A stretch of DNA of 34,973 bases from Nemertoderma westbladi. Its lineage: Eukaryota > Animalia > Xenacoelomorpha. A program made the translations under genes and the position numbers. Positions 1-11,849 of this stretch are shown here, in pieces. Under the pieces are notes generated by a model. That model saw only the letters and a list, made by a program, of their open reading frames with translations. It made no database searches and was not told the DNA's origin. The stretch covers positions 1 to 34,973 of the forward strand of contig JAUCBJ010008043.1 of the NCBI GenBank assembly GCA_032718475.1. Direction: 5' to 3'. Position 1 is the stretch's first letter; the number at the start of each line of letters is the position of its first letter.

Positions 1-76
1 CCGTCGTCGGTATAACATACTGGTGTTACCCTTCTCCTAGAAACGGGTTTCTCACTTACCTTGTTTTCCAATGTCT
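1..76 (-). mobile_element. BEL/Pao gag fragment, inverted paralog of 29875-29950, running off the left edge
   Basis: The reverse complement of 1-62 reads AAGGTAAGTGAGAAACCCGTTTCTAGGAGAAGGGTAACACCAGTATGTTATACCGACGACGG (KVSEKPVSRRRVTPVCYTDDG). The gag at 29889-29950 reads KVSEKPVTRRKVTPVCYTDDG. Similarity fades near position 76. Confidence 0.85.
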
Positions 77-442
77 ATTTTTTGCCTTGTGCTTTACTTT
101 TAAGCCAATCAAATATTTAAGAAATTAACCAATCAGAAGTAATATCCTTTGTCATTTAATAATATTTATTTACACTACTTAAAGGTAACTCTGTCTGGCG
201 GGAAATTTACTTTAGTTATTTTAATTTTACCTGGCGCAAATTAATTTACCCTATTTAGTTATATTGATTTTTGTTAGGAATTTACTCTTTATTACAACCA
301 ACAGTGTACTATTACTAACAGTCTTGTAAGTTTTAAGGGGAAATGGAGTTTGACAATAATGACGAGGAAGAGAATCTGGATACGTTTTTTGGATTTGTTA
401 TTATATCAGAAGGAGAAATAGGAGCTGGGAGAGATGGAGTAG

Positions 443-3174
443 TTGGACGCGGGGAAGGTGGAATGGTTGTTGGAACTGGGGAAAGTGGAATGGTTGTTGG
501 AACTGGGGAAAGTGGAATGGTTGTTGGAACTGGGGAAGGTGGAATGGTTGTTGGAACTGGGGAAGGTGGAATGGTTGTTGGAAATGGGGAAGGTGGAATG
601 GTTGTTGGAAATGGGGAAGGTGGAATGGTTGTTGGAACTGGGGAAGGTGGAATGGTTGTTGGAACTGGGGAAGATGGAATGGTTGTTGAAACTGGGGAAG
701 GTGGAATGGTTGCTGGAACTGGGGAAGGAGGATATGTGGTTGGAACTGGGGATGGTGGAGATGTGGTTGGAACTGGGGAAGGTGGAATGGTTGCTGGAAC
801 TGGGGAAGGTGGAATGGTTGTTGGAACTGCGGAAGGTGGAATGGTTGCTGGAACTGGGGAAGGTGGAATGGTTGTTGGAACTGGGGAATGTGGAATGGTT
901 GTTGGAACTGGGGAAGGTGGAATGGTTGTTGGAACGGGGGAAGGTGGAGTGGTTGCTGGAACTGGGGAAGGTGGAATGGTTGTTGGAACTGGGGAAGGTG
1001 GAATGGTTGCTGGAACTGGGGAAGGTGGAATGGTTGCTGGAACTGGGGAAGGTGGAATGGTTGTTGGAACTGGGGAAGGTGGAATGGTTGCTGGAACTGG
1101 GGAAGGTGGAATGGTTGTTGGAACTGGGGAAGGTGGAATGGTTGCTGGAACTGGGGAAGGTGGAATGGTTGCTGGAACTGGGGAAGGCGGAATGGTTGTT
1201 GGAACTGGGGAAGGTGGAATGGTTGTTGGAACTGGGGAAGGTGGAATGGTTGCTGGAACTGGGGAAGGTGGAATGGTTGTTGGAACTGGGGAAGGTGGAA
1301 TGGTCGTTGGAACGGGGGAAGGTGGAGTGATTGTTGGAACTGGGGAAGGTGGAATGGTTGTTGGAACTGGGGAAGGTGGAATGGTTGCTGGAACTGGGGA
1401 AGGTGGAATGGTTGCTGGAACTGGGGAAGGTGGAATGGTTGTTGGAACTGGGGAAGGTGGAATGGTTGTTGGAACTGGGGAAGGTGGAATGGTTGTTGGA
1501 ACTGGGAAAAGTGGAATGGTTGCTGGAACTGGGGAAAGTGGAATGGTTGTTGGAACTGGGGATGGTGGAATGGTTGTTGGAACTGGGGAAGGTGGAATGG
1601 TTGTTGGAACTGGGGATGGTGGAATGGTTGTTGGAACTAGGGATGGTGGAATTGTTGCTGGAACTGGGGAAAGTGGAATGGTTGTTGGAACTGGGGAAGG
1701 TGGAATGGTTGTTGGAACTGGGGAAGGTGGAATGGTTGTTGGAACTAGGGATGGTGGAATTGTTGCTGGAACTGGGGAAGGCGGAATGGTTGTTGGAACT
1801 GGGGAAGGTGGAATGGTTGCTGGAACTGGGGAAGGTGGAATGGTTGCTGGAACTGCGGAAGGTGGAATGGTTGCTGGAACTGGGGAAGGTGGAATGGTTG
1901 TTGGAACTGGGGAATGTGGAATGGTTGTTGGAACTGGGGAAGGTGGAATGGTTGTTGGAACGGGGGAAGGTGGAGTGGTTGTTGGAACTGGGGAAGGTGG
2001 AATGGTTGTTGGAACTGGGGAAGGTGGAATGGTTGCTGGAACTGGGGAAGGTGGAATGGTTGTTGGAACTGGGAGAAGTGGAATGGTTGCTGGAACTGGG
2101 GAAAGTGGAATGGTTGTTGGAACTGGGGATGGTGGAATGGTTGTTGGAACTGGGGAAGGTGGAATGGTTGTTGGAACTGGGGATGGTGGAATGGTTGTTG
2201 GAACTAGGGATGGTGGAATTGTTGCTGGAACTGGGGAAAGTGGAATGGTTGTTGGAACTGGGGAAGGTGGAATGGTTGTTGGAACTGGGGAAGGTGGAAT
2301 GGTTGTTGGAACTAGGGATGGTGGAATTGTTGCTGGAACTGGGGAAGGCGGAATGGTTGTTGGAACTGGGGAAGGTGGAATGGTTGTTGGAACTGGGGAA
2401 GGTGGAATGGTTGTTGGAACTGGGGAAGGTGGAATGGTTCCTGGAACTGGGGAAGGTGGAATGGTCGTTGGAACGGGGGAAGGTGGAGTGGTTGTTGGAA
2501 CTGGGGAAGGTGGAGTGGTTGTTGGAACTGGGGAAGGTGGAATGGTTGTTGGAACTGGGGAAGGTGGAATGGTTGTTGGAACTGGGGAAGGTGGAGTGGT
2601 TGTTGCAACTGGGGAAGGTGGAATGGTTGTTGGAACTGGGGATGGTGGAATGGTTGTTGGAACTAGGGATGGTGGAATTGTTGTTGGAACTGGGGATGGT
2701 GGAATGGTTGTTGGAACTGGGGAAGGTGGAATGGTTGCTGGAACTGGGGAAGGTGGAATGGTTGTTGGAACTGGGGAAGGTGGAGTGGTTGTTGGAACTG
2801 GGGAAGGTGGAATGGTTGTTGGAACTGGGGAAGGTGGAATGGTTGTTGGAACTGGGGAAGGTGGAGTGGTTGTTGGAACTGGGGAAGGTGGAATGGTTGT
2901 TGGAACTGGGGATGGTGGAATGGTTGTTGGAACTAGGGATGGTGGAATTGTTGTTGGAACTGGGGATGGTGGAATGGTTGTTGGAACTGGGGAAGGTGGA
3001 ATGGTTGTTGGAACTGGGGATGGTGGAATGGTTGTTGGAACTAGGGATGGTGGAATTGTTGCTGGAACTGGGGAAAGTGGAATGGTTGTTGGAACTGGGG
3101 AAGGTGGAATGGTTGTTGGAACTGGGGAAGGTGGAATGGTTGTTGGAACTAGGGATGGTGGAATTGTTGCTGGA
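443..3174. repeat. 27-bp G-rich minisatellite, left block (~100 units)
   Basis: Tandem GGAACTGGGGAAGGTGGAATGGTTGTT with point variants, giving 9-aa periodicity in all frames of the ORF track. Confidence 0.98.
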
Positions 3175-3730
3175 CTACTAGGATCGGCATGCTGCAATTG
3201 CAGCTGCATTTTTAAGAATGCTGTGCCGGCTTGTCAACAAAATTGCACCGCCACAACTCCCTATCACCCATGACATTTGCTAGATCATCCGCATCTTTAA
3301 GACCAGTGTCCTTTAAGATGCGTCTCAAGAAAGTCATGGGCTGTCCACCATGCTTATTCACTCCATGAGGCTGCCAAAGTACAAGATTATGCACTGGCTG
3401 GTCCTCACGGCGAAAGCAATGTCCTGCAAAGCGGAGGCGATTTTGTTCTAGTGTCAAGCTTGGGGGAACCAATGAGACACCTCCAATGTTATATAGTGTC
3501 TGGTTGGAGATGTGTGCATTGTACTTGACACAATGAACCCGGCGTAGCATTCTTGTGAATGTGCCATCCAGAGATTTGGTGTCCTCAGCAGTTAGAGCCC
3601 AGCATGGACTCCCGTAGAGGAGTACTGGAACTACTGCTGCTCTAAATAATCGGACCTTAAGTTTCCGATTAATTCTCGGTGACTTCCAAATCCTGGAAAG
3701 CCTATTCAAGGCTGCCCATGCCTTTCCCTT
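3175..3730 (-). mobile_element. 5'-truncated RTE-clade-like non-LTR retrotransposon (C-terminal post-RT region plus 3' UTR)
   Basis: Minus frame ending at 3212: KGKAWAALNRLSRIWKS...KLKVRLFRAAVVPVLLYGSPCWALT...LDGTFTRMLRR...RLRFAGHCFRR...DRELWR, typical of the RTE ORF C-terminus. The 3' tail is TAGTAG (ctacta at 3175-3180). A 12-bp TSD ATTGTTGCTGGA lies at 3163-3174 and 3731-3742, and removing the insert plus one TSD restores a perfect repeat unit. Confidence 0.93.
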
Positions 3731-6700
3731 ATTGTTGCTGGAACTGGGGAAGGTGGAATGGTTGCTGGAACTGGGGAAGGTGGAATGGTTGTTGGAACTG
3801 GGGAAGGTGGAGTGGTTGTTGGAACTGGGGAAGGTGGAATGGTTGTTGGAACTAGGGATGGTGGAATTGTTGCTGGAACTGGGGAAGGTGGAATGGTTGC
3901 TGGAACTGGGGAAGGTGGAATGGTTGTTGGAACTGGGGAAGGTGGAGTGGTTGTTGGAACTGGGGAAGGTGGAATGGTTGTTGGAACTAGGGATGGTGGA
4001 ATTGTTGCTGGAACTGGGGAAGGTGGAATGGTTGCTGGAACTGGGGAAGGTGGAATGGTTGTTGGAACTGGGGAAGGTGGAATGGTTGCTGGAACTGGGG
4101 AAGGTGGAATGGTTGTTGGAACTGGGGAAGGTGGAGTGGTTGTTGGAACTGGGGAAGGTGGAATGGTTGTTGGAACTAGGGATGGTGGAATTGTTGCTGG
4201 AACTGGGGAAGGTGGAATGGTTGCTGGAACTGGGGAAGGTGGAATGGTTGTTGGAACTGGGGAAGGTGGAATGGTTGCTGGAACTGGGGAAGGTGGAATG
4301 GTTGTTGGAACTGGGGATGGTGGAATGGTTGTTGGAACTGGGGAAGGTGGAATGGTTGCTGGAACTGGGGAAGGTGGAATGGTTGTTGGAACTGGGGAAG
4401 GTGGAGTGGTTGTTGGAACTGGGGAAGGTGGAATGGTTGTTGGAACTAGGGATGGTGGAATTGTTGCTGGAACTGGGGAAGGTGGAATGGTTGAAGGAAC
4501 TGGGGAAGGTGGAATTGTTGTTGGAACTGGGGAAGGTGGAATTGTTGTTGGAACTGGGGAAGGTGGAATGGTTGTTGGAACTGGGGAAGGTGGAGTGGTT
4601 GTTGGAACTGGGGATGGTGGAATGGTTGTTGGAACTAGGGATGGTGGAATTGTTGCTGGAACTGGGGAAGGTGGAATGGTTGAAGGAACTGGGGAAGGTG
4701 GAATGGTTGTTGGAACTGGGGAAGGTGGAATTGTTGTTGGAACTGGGGAAAGCGGAATGGTTGTTGGAACTGGGGAAGGTGGAATGGTTGTTGGAACTGG
4801 GGAAGGTGGAGTGGTTGTTGGAACTGGGGATGGTGGAATGGTTGTTGGAACTAGGGATGGTGGAATTGTTGCTGGAACTGGGGAAGGTGGAATGGTTGTT
4901 GGAACTGGGGAAGGTGGAATTGTTGTTGGAACTGGGGAAAGTGGAATGGTTGCTGGAACTAGGGATGGTGGAATTGTTGTTGGAACTGGGGAAAGCGGAA
5001 TGGTTGTTGGAACTGGGGAAGGTGGAATGGTTGTTGGAACTGGGGAAGCTGGAATGGTTGTTGGAACTGGGGAAGGTGGAATGGTTGTTGGAACTGGGGA
5101 AGGTGGAGTGGTTGTTGGAACTGGGGATGGTGGAATGGTTGTTGGAACTAGGGATGGTGGAATTGTTGCTGGAACTGGGGAAAGTGGAATGGTTGTTGGA
5201 ACTGGGGAAGGTGGAATGGTTGTTGGAACTGGGGAAGGTGGAGTGGTTGTTGGAACTGGGGATGGTGGAATGGTTGTTGGAACTAGGGATGGTGGAATTG
5301 TTGCTGGAACTGGGGAAAGTGGAATGGTTGTTGGAACTGGGGAAGGTGGAATGGTTGTTGGAACTGGGGAAGATGGAATGGTTGTTGGAACTAGGGATGG
5401 TGGAATTGTTGTTGGAACTGGGGAAAGCGGAATGGTTGTTGGAACTGGGGAAGGTGGAATGGTTGTTGGAACTGGGGAAGGTGGAGTGGTTGTTGGAACT
5501 GGGGATGGTGGAATGGTTGTTGGAACTAGGGATGGTGGAATTGTTGCTGGAACTGGGGAAAGTGGAATGGTTGTTGGAACTGGGGAAGGTGGAATGGTTG
5601 TTGGAACTGGGGAAGGTGGAATGGTTGTTGGAACTAGGGATGGTGGAATTGTTGCTGGAACTGGGGAAAGTGGAATGGTTGTTGGAACTGGGGAAGGTGG
5701 AATGGTTGTTGGAACTAGGGATGGTGGAATTGTTGCTGGAACTGGGGAAAGTGGAATGGTTGTTGGAACTGGGGAAGGTGGAATGGTTGTTGGAACTAGG
5801 GATGGTGGAATTGTTGCTGGAACTGGGGAAAGTGGAATGGTTGTTGGAACTGGGGAAGGTGGAATGGTTGTTGGAACTGGGGAAGGTGGAATGGTTGTTG
5901 GAACTAGGGATGGTGGAATTGTTGCTGGAACTGGGGAAAATGGAATGGTTGTTGGAACTGGGGAAGGTGGAATGGTTGTTGGAACTGGGGAAGGTGGAAT
6001 GGTTGTTGGAACTGGGAAAAGTGGAATGGTTGCTGGAACTGGGGAAGGTGGAATGGTTGCTGGAACTGGGGAAGGTGGAATGGTTGTTGGAACTGGTGAA
6101 GGTGGAATGGTTCCTGGAACTGGGGAAGGTGGAATGGTCGTTGGAACGGGGGAAGGTGGAGTGATTGTTGGAACTGGGGAAGGTGGAATGGTTGTTGGAA
6201 CTAGGGATGGTGGAATTGTTGCTGGAACAGGGGAAAGTGGAATGGTTGTTGGAACTGGGGAAGGTGGAATGGTTGTTGGAACTGGGGAAGGTGGAATGGT
6301 TGCTGGAACTGGGGAAGGTGGAATGGTTGTTGGAACTAGGGATGGTGGAATTGTTGCTGGAACTGGGGAAAGTGGAATGGTTGTTGGAACTGGGGAAGGT
6401 GGAATGGTTGTTGGAACTGGGGAAGGTGGAATGGTTGTTGGAACTAGGGATGGTGGAATTGTTGCTGGAACTGGGAAAAGTGGAATGGTTGTTGGAACTG
6501 GGGAAGGTGGAATGGTTGTTGGAACTGGGGAAGGTGGAATGGTTGTTGGAACTGGGGAAGGTGGAATGGTTGCTGGAACTGGGGAAGGTGGAATGGTTGT
6601 TGGAACTAGGGATGGTGGAATTGTTGCTGGAACTGGGGAAAGTGGAATGGTTGTTGGAACTGGGGAAGGTGGAATGGTTGTTGGAACTGGGGAAGGTGGA

Positions 6701-8908
6701 ATGGTTGTTGGAACTGGGGAAGGTGGAATGGTTGTTGGAACTGGGGAAAGTGGAATGGTTGTTGGAACTGGGGAAGGTGGAATGGTTGTTGGAACTGGGG
6801 AAGGTGGAATGGTTGCTGGAACTGGGGAAGGTGGAATGGTTGTTGGAACTAGGGATGGTGGAATTGTTGCTGGAACTGGGGAAAGTGGAATGGTTGTTGG
6901 AACTGGGGAAGGTGGAATGGTTGTTGGAACTGGGGAAGGTGGAATGGTTGTTGGAACTAGGGATGGTGGAATTGTTGCTGGAACTGGGGAAAGTGGAATG
7001 GTTGTTGGAACTGGGGAAGGTGGAATGGTTGTTGGAACTGGGGAAGGTGGAATGGTTGTTGGAACTGGGAAAAGTGGAATGGTTGCTGGAACTGGGGAAG
7101 GTGGAATGGTTGCTGGAACTGGGGAAGGTGGAATGGTTGTTGGAACTGGTGAAGGTGGAATGGTTCCTGGAACTGGGGAAGGTGGAATGGTCGTTGGAAC
7201 GGGGGAAGGTGGAGTGATTGTTGGAACTGGGGAAGGTGGAATGGTTGTTGGAACTGGGGAAGGTGGAATGGTTGCTGGAACTGGGGAAGGTGGAATGGTT
7301 GCTGGAACTGGGGAAGGTGGAATGGTTGCTGGAACTGGAGAAGGTGGAATGGTTGCTGGAACTGGGGAAGGTGGAATGGTTGTTGGAACTGGGGAAGGTG
7401 GAATGGTTGCTGGAACTGGGGAAGGTGGAATGGTTGTTGGAACTGGGAAAAGTGGAATGGTTGCTGGAACTGGGAAAAGTGGAATGGTTGTTGGAACTGG
7501 GGATGGTGGAATGGTTGTTGGAACTGGGGATGGTGGAATGGTTGTTGGAACTGGGGATGGTGGAATTGTTGCTGGAACTGGGGAAAGTGGAATGGTTGTT
7601 GGAACTGGGGAAGGTGGAATGGTTGTTGGAACTGGGGAAGGTGGAATGGTTGTTGGAACTGGGAAAAGTGGAATGGTTGCTGGAACTGGGGAAGGTGGAA
7701 TGGTTGTTGGAACTGGGGATGGTGGAATGGTTGTTGGAACTGGGGATGGTGGAATGGTTGTTGGAACTGGGGATGGTGGAATTGTTGCTGGAACTGGGGA
7801 AAGTGGAATGGTTGTTGGAACTGGGGATGGTGGAATGGTTGAAGGAACTGGGGAAGGTGGAATGGTTGTTGGAACTGGGGAAGGTTGAATGGTTGTTGGA
7901 ACTGGGGAAGGTGGAATGGTTGTTGGAACTGGGGAAGGTGGAGTGGTTGTTGGAACTGGGGATGGTGGAATGGTTGCTGGCACTGGGGAAGGTGGAATGG
8001 TTGTTGGAACTGGGGAAGGTGGAATGGTTGTTGGAACGGGGGAAGGTGGAGTGGTTGCTGGAACTGGGGAAGGTGGAATGGTTGCTGGAACTTGGGAAGG
8101 TGGAATGGTTGTTGGAACTGGGGAAGGTGGAATGGTTGTTGGAACTGGGGAAGGTGAAATGGTTGCTGGAACTGGGGAAGGTGGAATAGTTGTTGGAACT
8201 GGGGAAGGTGGAATGGTTGCTGGAACTAGGGAAGGTGGAATGGTTGCTGGAACTGGGGAAGGTGGAATGGTTGTTGGAACTAGGGAAGGTGGAGTCGTTG
8301 TTGGAACTGGGGAAGGTGGAATGGTTGCTGGAACTGGGGAAGGTGGAATGGTTGCTGGAACTGGGGAAGGTGGAATGGTTGTTGGAACTGGGGAAGGTGG
8401 AATGGTTGCTGGAACTGGGGAAGGTGGAATGGTTGCTGGAACTGGGGAAGGTGGAGTGGTTGTTGGAACTAGGGAAGGTGGAGATGTGGTTGGAACTGGG
8501 GGAGGTGGAATTGTTGTTGGAACCGGAGAAGGTGGAATGGTTGTTGGAACTGGGGAAGGAGGAGATGTGGTTGGAACGGGGGGAAGGTGGAGTGGTTGTT
8601 GGAACTGGGGAAGGTGGAGATGTGCTTGGAACTGGGGAAGGTGGAGATGTGGTTGGAACTGGGGGAGGTTGAATGGTTGTTGGAACTGGGGAAGGTGGAA
8701 TTGTTGTTGGAACTGGGGATGATGGAGATGGGGTTGAAACGGGGGAAGGTGGAGATGTGGTTGGAACTGGGGATGGTGGAGATGTGGTTGGAATGGGGGA
8801 AGGTGGAGTGGTTGTTGGAACTGGGGAAGGTGGAGATGTGGTTGGAACTGGGGGAAGGTGGAGATGTGGTTGGAACTGGGGATGGTGGAGATGTGGTTGG
8901 AACTGGGT
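3731..8908. repeat. 27-bp G-rich minisatellite, right block (~190 units)
   Basis: Same unit as 443-3174. Degenerate units and two 1-bp insertions (near 8580 and 8850) occur at the right edge. Confidence 0.98.
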
Positions 8909-9035
8909 TCCCTTAGGACCCATTATCAGCGATTTCTCACAATGTCTTCAATGTTGAATTAGGGGAAACGCGTTTAGGTTAATATCCCAAAATGTGTTTT
9001 TTTAGGATAGGGTGTATTGCCAAACAACGGCTGTG

Positions 9036-9128
9036 TAGGGATGCAACAGAGCTCCGGAAATCCGGAGCTCCGGGCAAATTTTCTGGCTCCGGCTCCGGGC
9101 AAATCAACCCGGAGCCAATCCGGAGCTT
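9036..9128 (+). mobile_element. Probable end of a non-autonomous hAT-like DNA transposon
   Basis: Starts TAGGGATGCAAC and is followed by clustered direct and inverted CCGGAGC/GCTCCGG subterminal motifs. No matching second end was found in the window. Confidence 0.4.
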
Positions 9129-10597
9129 ATATGTTGTAAACATTCGAATTAAAAAAAGGTGTTTTCTATGTATGAATAATGTAAATATAATTGTAGTTAA
9201 CAAGTGTGGGTGGGTAATGATTGGTTATAACTTGTTTTCCATAAGTTTCCTGACACCATCGCCCATCCCCTTGTGAAATTGTTTAAATGTTTAAACAACA
9301 ACATTTAAATTATTCAGTTAGTTTGTTGCATTTATTTATAATAATCAGTTTAAATACTTATAGTATAATTCTAGAACTATTTTATTTACACCATACTATT
9401 TACTAAAGAGCCAGCAAGCTGGCCCTAAGAAGGACAGTTTGACAGAGTTATAGCCACACACATATACTTGACCTCTCAACATGTAAACCCTAACGGCTAA
9501 CGGTCTTCTAATTAAATGTAATTTGATCTTATCTCGAGAACCGATCATCGAATTTTTATTTTTTTAATGTGATTGTACAGTTTGGTGAACTACATCCAAC
9601 AATATATCATAACCCATATTTCGGATGACAGGTACCGGTGAAATCAGACTTTACCAAAAACATTTCAAGCCAATATCAATGAGCCCAAACATAAAGACAA
9701 ACAAACAAACAAATAGACGTTTTTTGACAGCAATAAGCCCTAACGGTCTTCTAACAAAAAGTATGGATGTAAATTACAGGACCTAACGACCAAAGGACCT
9801 GGTGCATTACCTGACATAAATTATAGACACAATCAGCGGCGGTCTGGTCATAATAATGTCCTACGTTGTTTTGTTTTGATGTCGGAAGAGTGAGTATTTT
9901 CCTGTAAAGTACAATTTGTAGAAAGATTAGCCACAAATATGTGGACCTACTTACTGACATGGTGTAGCATAATTGTTACAACTGGCGAAAATTGAGAGAA
10001 AATATATTTTTTAATTTGCTTTATCACTTTTAGTATTTGAATAAATTTGGACGGGAAAACAATATGAGATACGAATTATTACAACAAAAATACTGATAAT
10101 CCATGCAGCGAGTAGAGGGTTGAATTCATTCATATTAAAAATTCGTTATGCGATGTGACATGGAGGGAGATTGTTATTTCGCGAAGAAGGGGGGCGGGCC
10201 GGTTTTTTCTGTTTTATAGCCGCGAATATAAAGTCTTTCCCTTTCTGGCCGACAGTAAGACTTCACGACATTCTACATAAATGTCTTAAATTAAACAAAA
10301 ATAATGTTTTGGAACCGTTTTTTAATACTTTATAATAGGAAACTGCTCCGCACCCGGTTAAAAATATACCGTGGAATACAACTGACTATCTACAACTAAT
10401 AGTCAGGGGGTAATCGATATACTTTATGGTTAATGTGTGCGAGTTGAATAGGTAACCAATGAAATAAAACGCTACAAACTTTATACTCCTAATAACTGAA
10501 TCTTCGCGGCACATCAACCCCTAATCTTATCGTTGTAAAAGCTTCCTGCGGATACCCCGTCACCCCAGAGTCAACCTATACTCATCCACAAGGGGCC

Positions 10598-10765
10598 TCA
10601 ATGCTTCTTGCTGTGTTTTGGTCTGTCGGCGTACTTTGAACGACTTCTGTTCCAGAGCAGTAGCGGCATACCGATGGAAGGTAGAGTGAGCACACCGAAC
10701 ACGGACCACTCCAACCAATGGCTGGAATGTAGCCGGTCGTAGTCTCTCTCCGGGAATATGTAATA
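10598..10765 (-). CDS. SSR2: Translocon-associated protein subunit beta (TRAP-beta), coding exon 3 (TM helix and cytosolic tail)
   Basis: Acceptor tattttgtttcag|TAT. Translates YYIFPERDYDRLHSSHWLEWSVFGVLTLPSIGMPLLLWNRSRSKYADRPKHSKKH*, matching the SSR2 family motif (R.FDR..S.H.LDW..FGV.TLPSIGIPLLLW..S..KY). Confidence 0.96.
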   Translation of the reverse strand, partial: YYIFPERDYDRLHSSHWLEWSVFGVLTLPSIGMPLLLWNRSRSKYADRPKHSKKH

Positions 10766-11849
10766 CTGAAACAAAATACATATTTATATAAACATCAGCA
10801 AGATATAACCCGATGGTGTGGTTGACTTCCTTTATATTAATATATATTTGGGATTAGGGGAGAGGCACCCAGGGACGAAGTATCTGTCTTTGGTTTGATC
10901 TACTGTACCAGAAAACTATCACAATAAATTATAAATATACCGGTCGCATTCCTCTATGGGTGTAACAAACTGTCCTACCTAAATTAGTAGTTAGAGTAAT
11001 CATTGTACACTAACTAACTAACTACCCTTCCATTGTAGCGAGTGGTTAAAGACGGCCAAGTACTAACTGTGGGGTTGAGCACAGTGGCACAGGTTTTTTT
11101 TCAAAATGTTCTCTGTGAAAAGTTTCTAAACGGTTAGAAAAAATTTAGAAAAATTGAATTTTGTTTAGGAAACCAAAATAATTTTCCCTGAAGTGAAAAA
11201 AGTGAAAAGTAGGCCATGAAATACAACAGCTGTATTGCTTGTTTTCTACTTTATTTATTCATACGGTAAATCCTGCTCCTATAATATATAAACACATTGA
11301 ACTAATTAGTCGCCATTTGGTCCTTCTACTACAGTATGACCGACTGGTACCTAAAAACCAAATTAACACCAGCCATTATTTTTCATAAGTTTTCTTGAAA
11401 ATTACGAAATAATTTTTTCATGTAATCCACCATTGTGATTCTACTAAAAAGGTTGAGAAGAAATATGAAAAAGTTAAAAATATTAATTCTGGTTTCGGCC
11501 ACTAAGTTGTATCAAAAAATAATTTTTGAATAATTTAATTTCAATATATATAGTCCACAATGAATGTTACACTTTAATTTATTTGTATTTTGGGGCAGTA
11601 AGCATTACTAAATGCTTAAATTCGAACCACTGCCACACCCACCGCCAACCCCTTAATGAAGCTAATTCATACTATTCGAAAATTAAAATTTACTTTATTT
11701 CGATAATGTCCGATGCGTTTTCGGTTGTTTCCTCAGTAAGAAAGAACTCTGTTCAGTGAAACAAAAAACACATAGACTGTAATACAGTATGTCAGTCTAT
11801 TTAGAAACAATTCCGGTGCCACAAAAGTATATTTCATATTATAAAAGTG

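Noticed and set aside
333-8957. Many long ORFs on both strands (GTGEGGMVV, LELGKVEWL, WNWGRWNGC, PPSPVPTTI, SSNNHSTFP repeats) as real genes
   Set aside because: They are explained by a 27-bp unit that lacks stops in most frames. There is no signal peptide, splice context or non-repeat domain other than the inserted RTE.
10560-10781. 73-aa minus-strand ORF from the track
   Set aside because: It is the wrong frame of SSR2 exon 3. The spliced frame gives the conserved TRAP-beta C-terminus.
11030-11440. tRNA-like A box (TAGCGAGTGGTTAA) and Transib/RSS-like CACAGTG...CATTGTG ends
   Set aside because: There is no B box or cloverleaf, and the candidate ends lack an extended TIR match and a 5-bp TSD.
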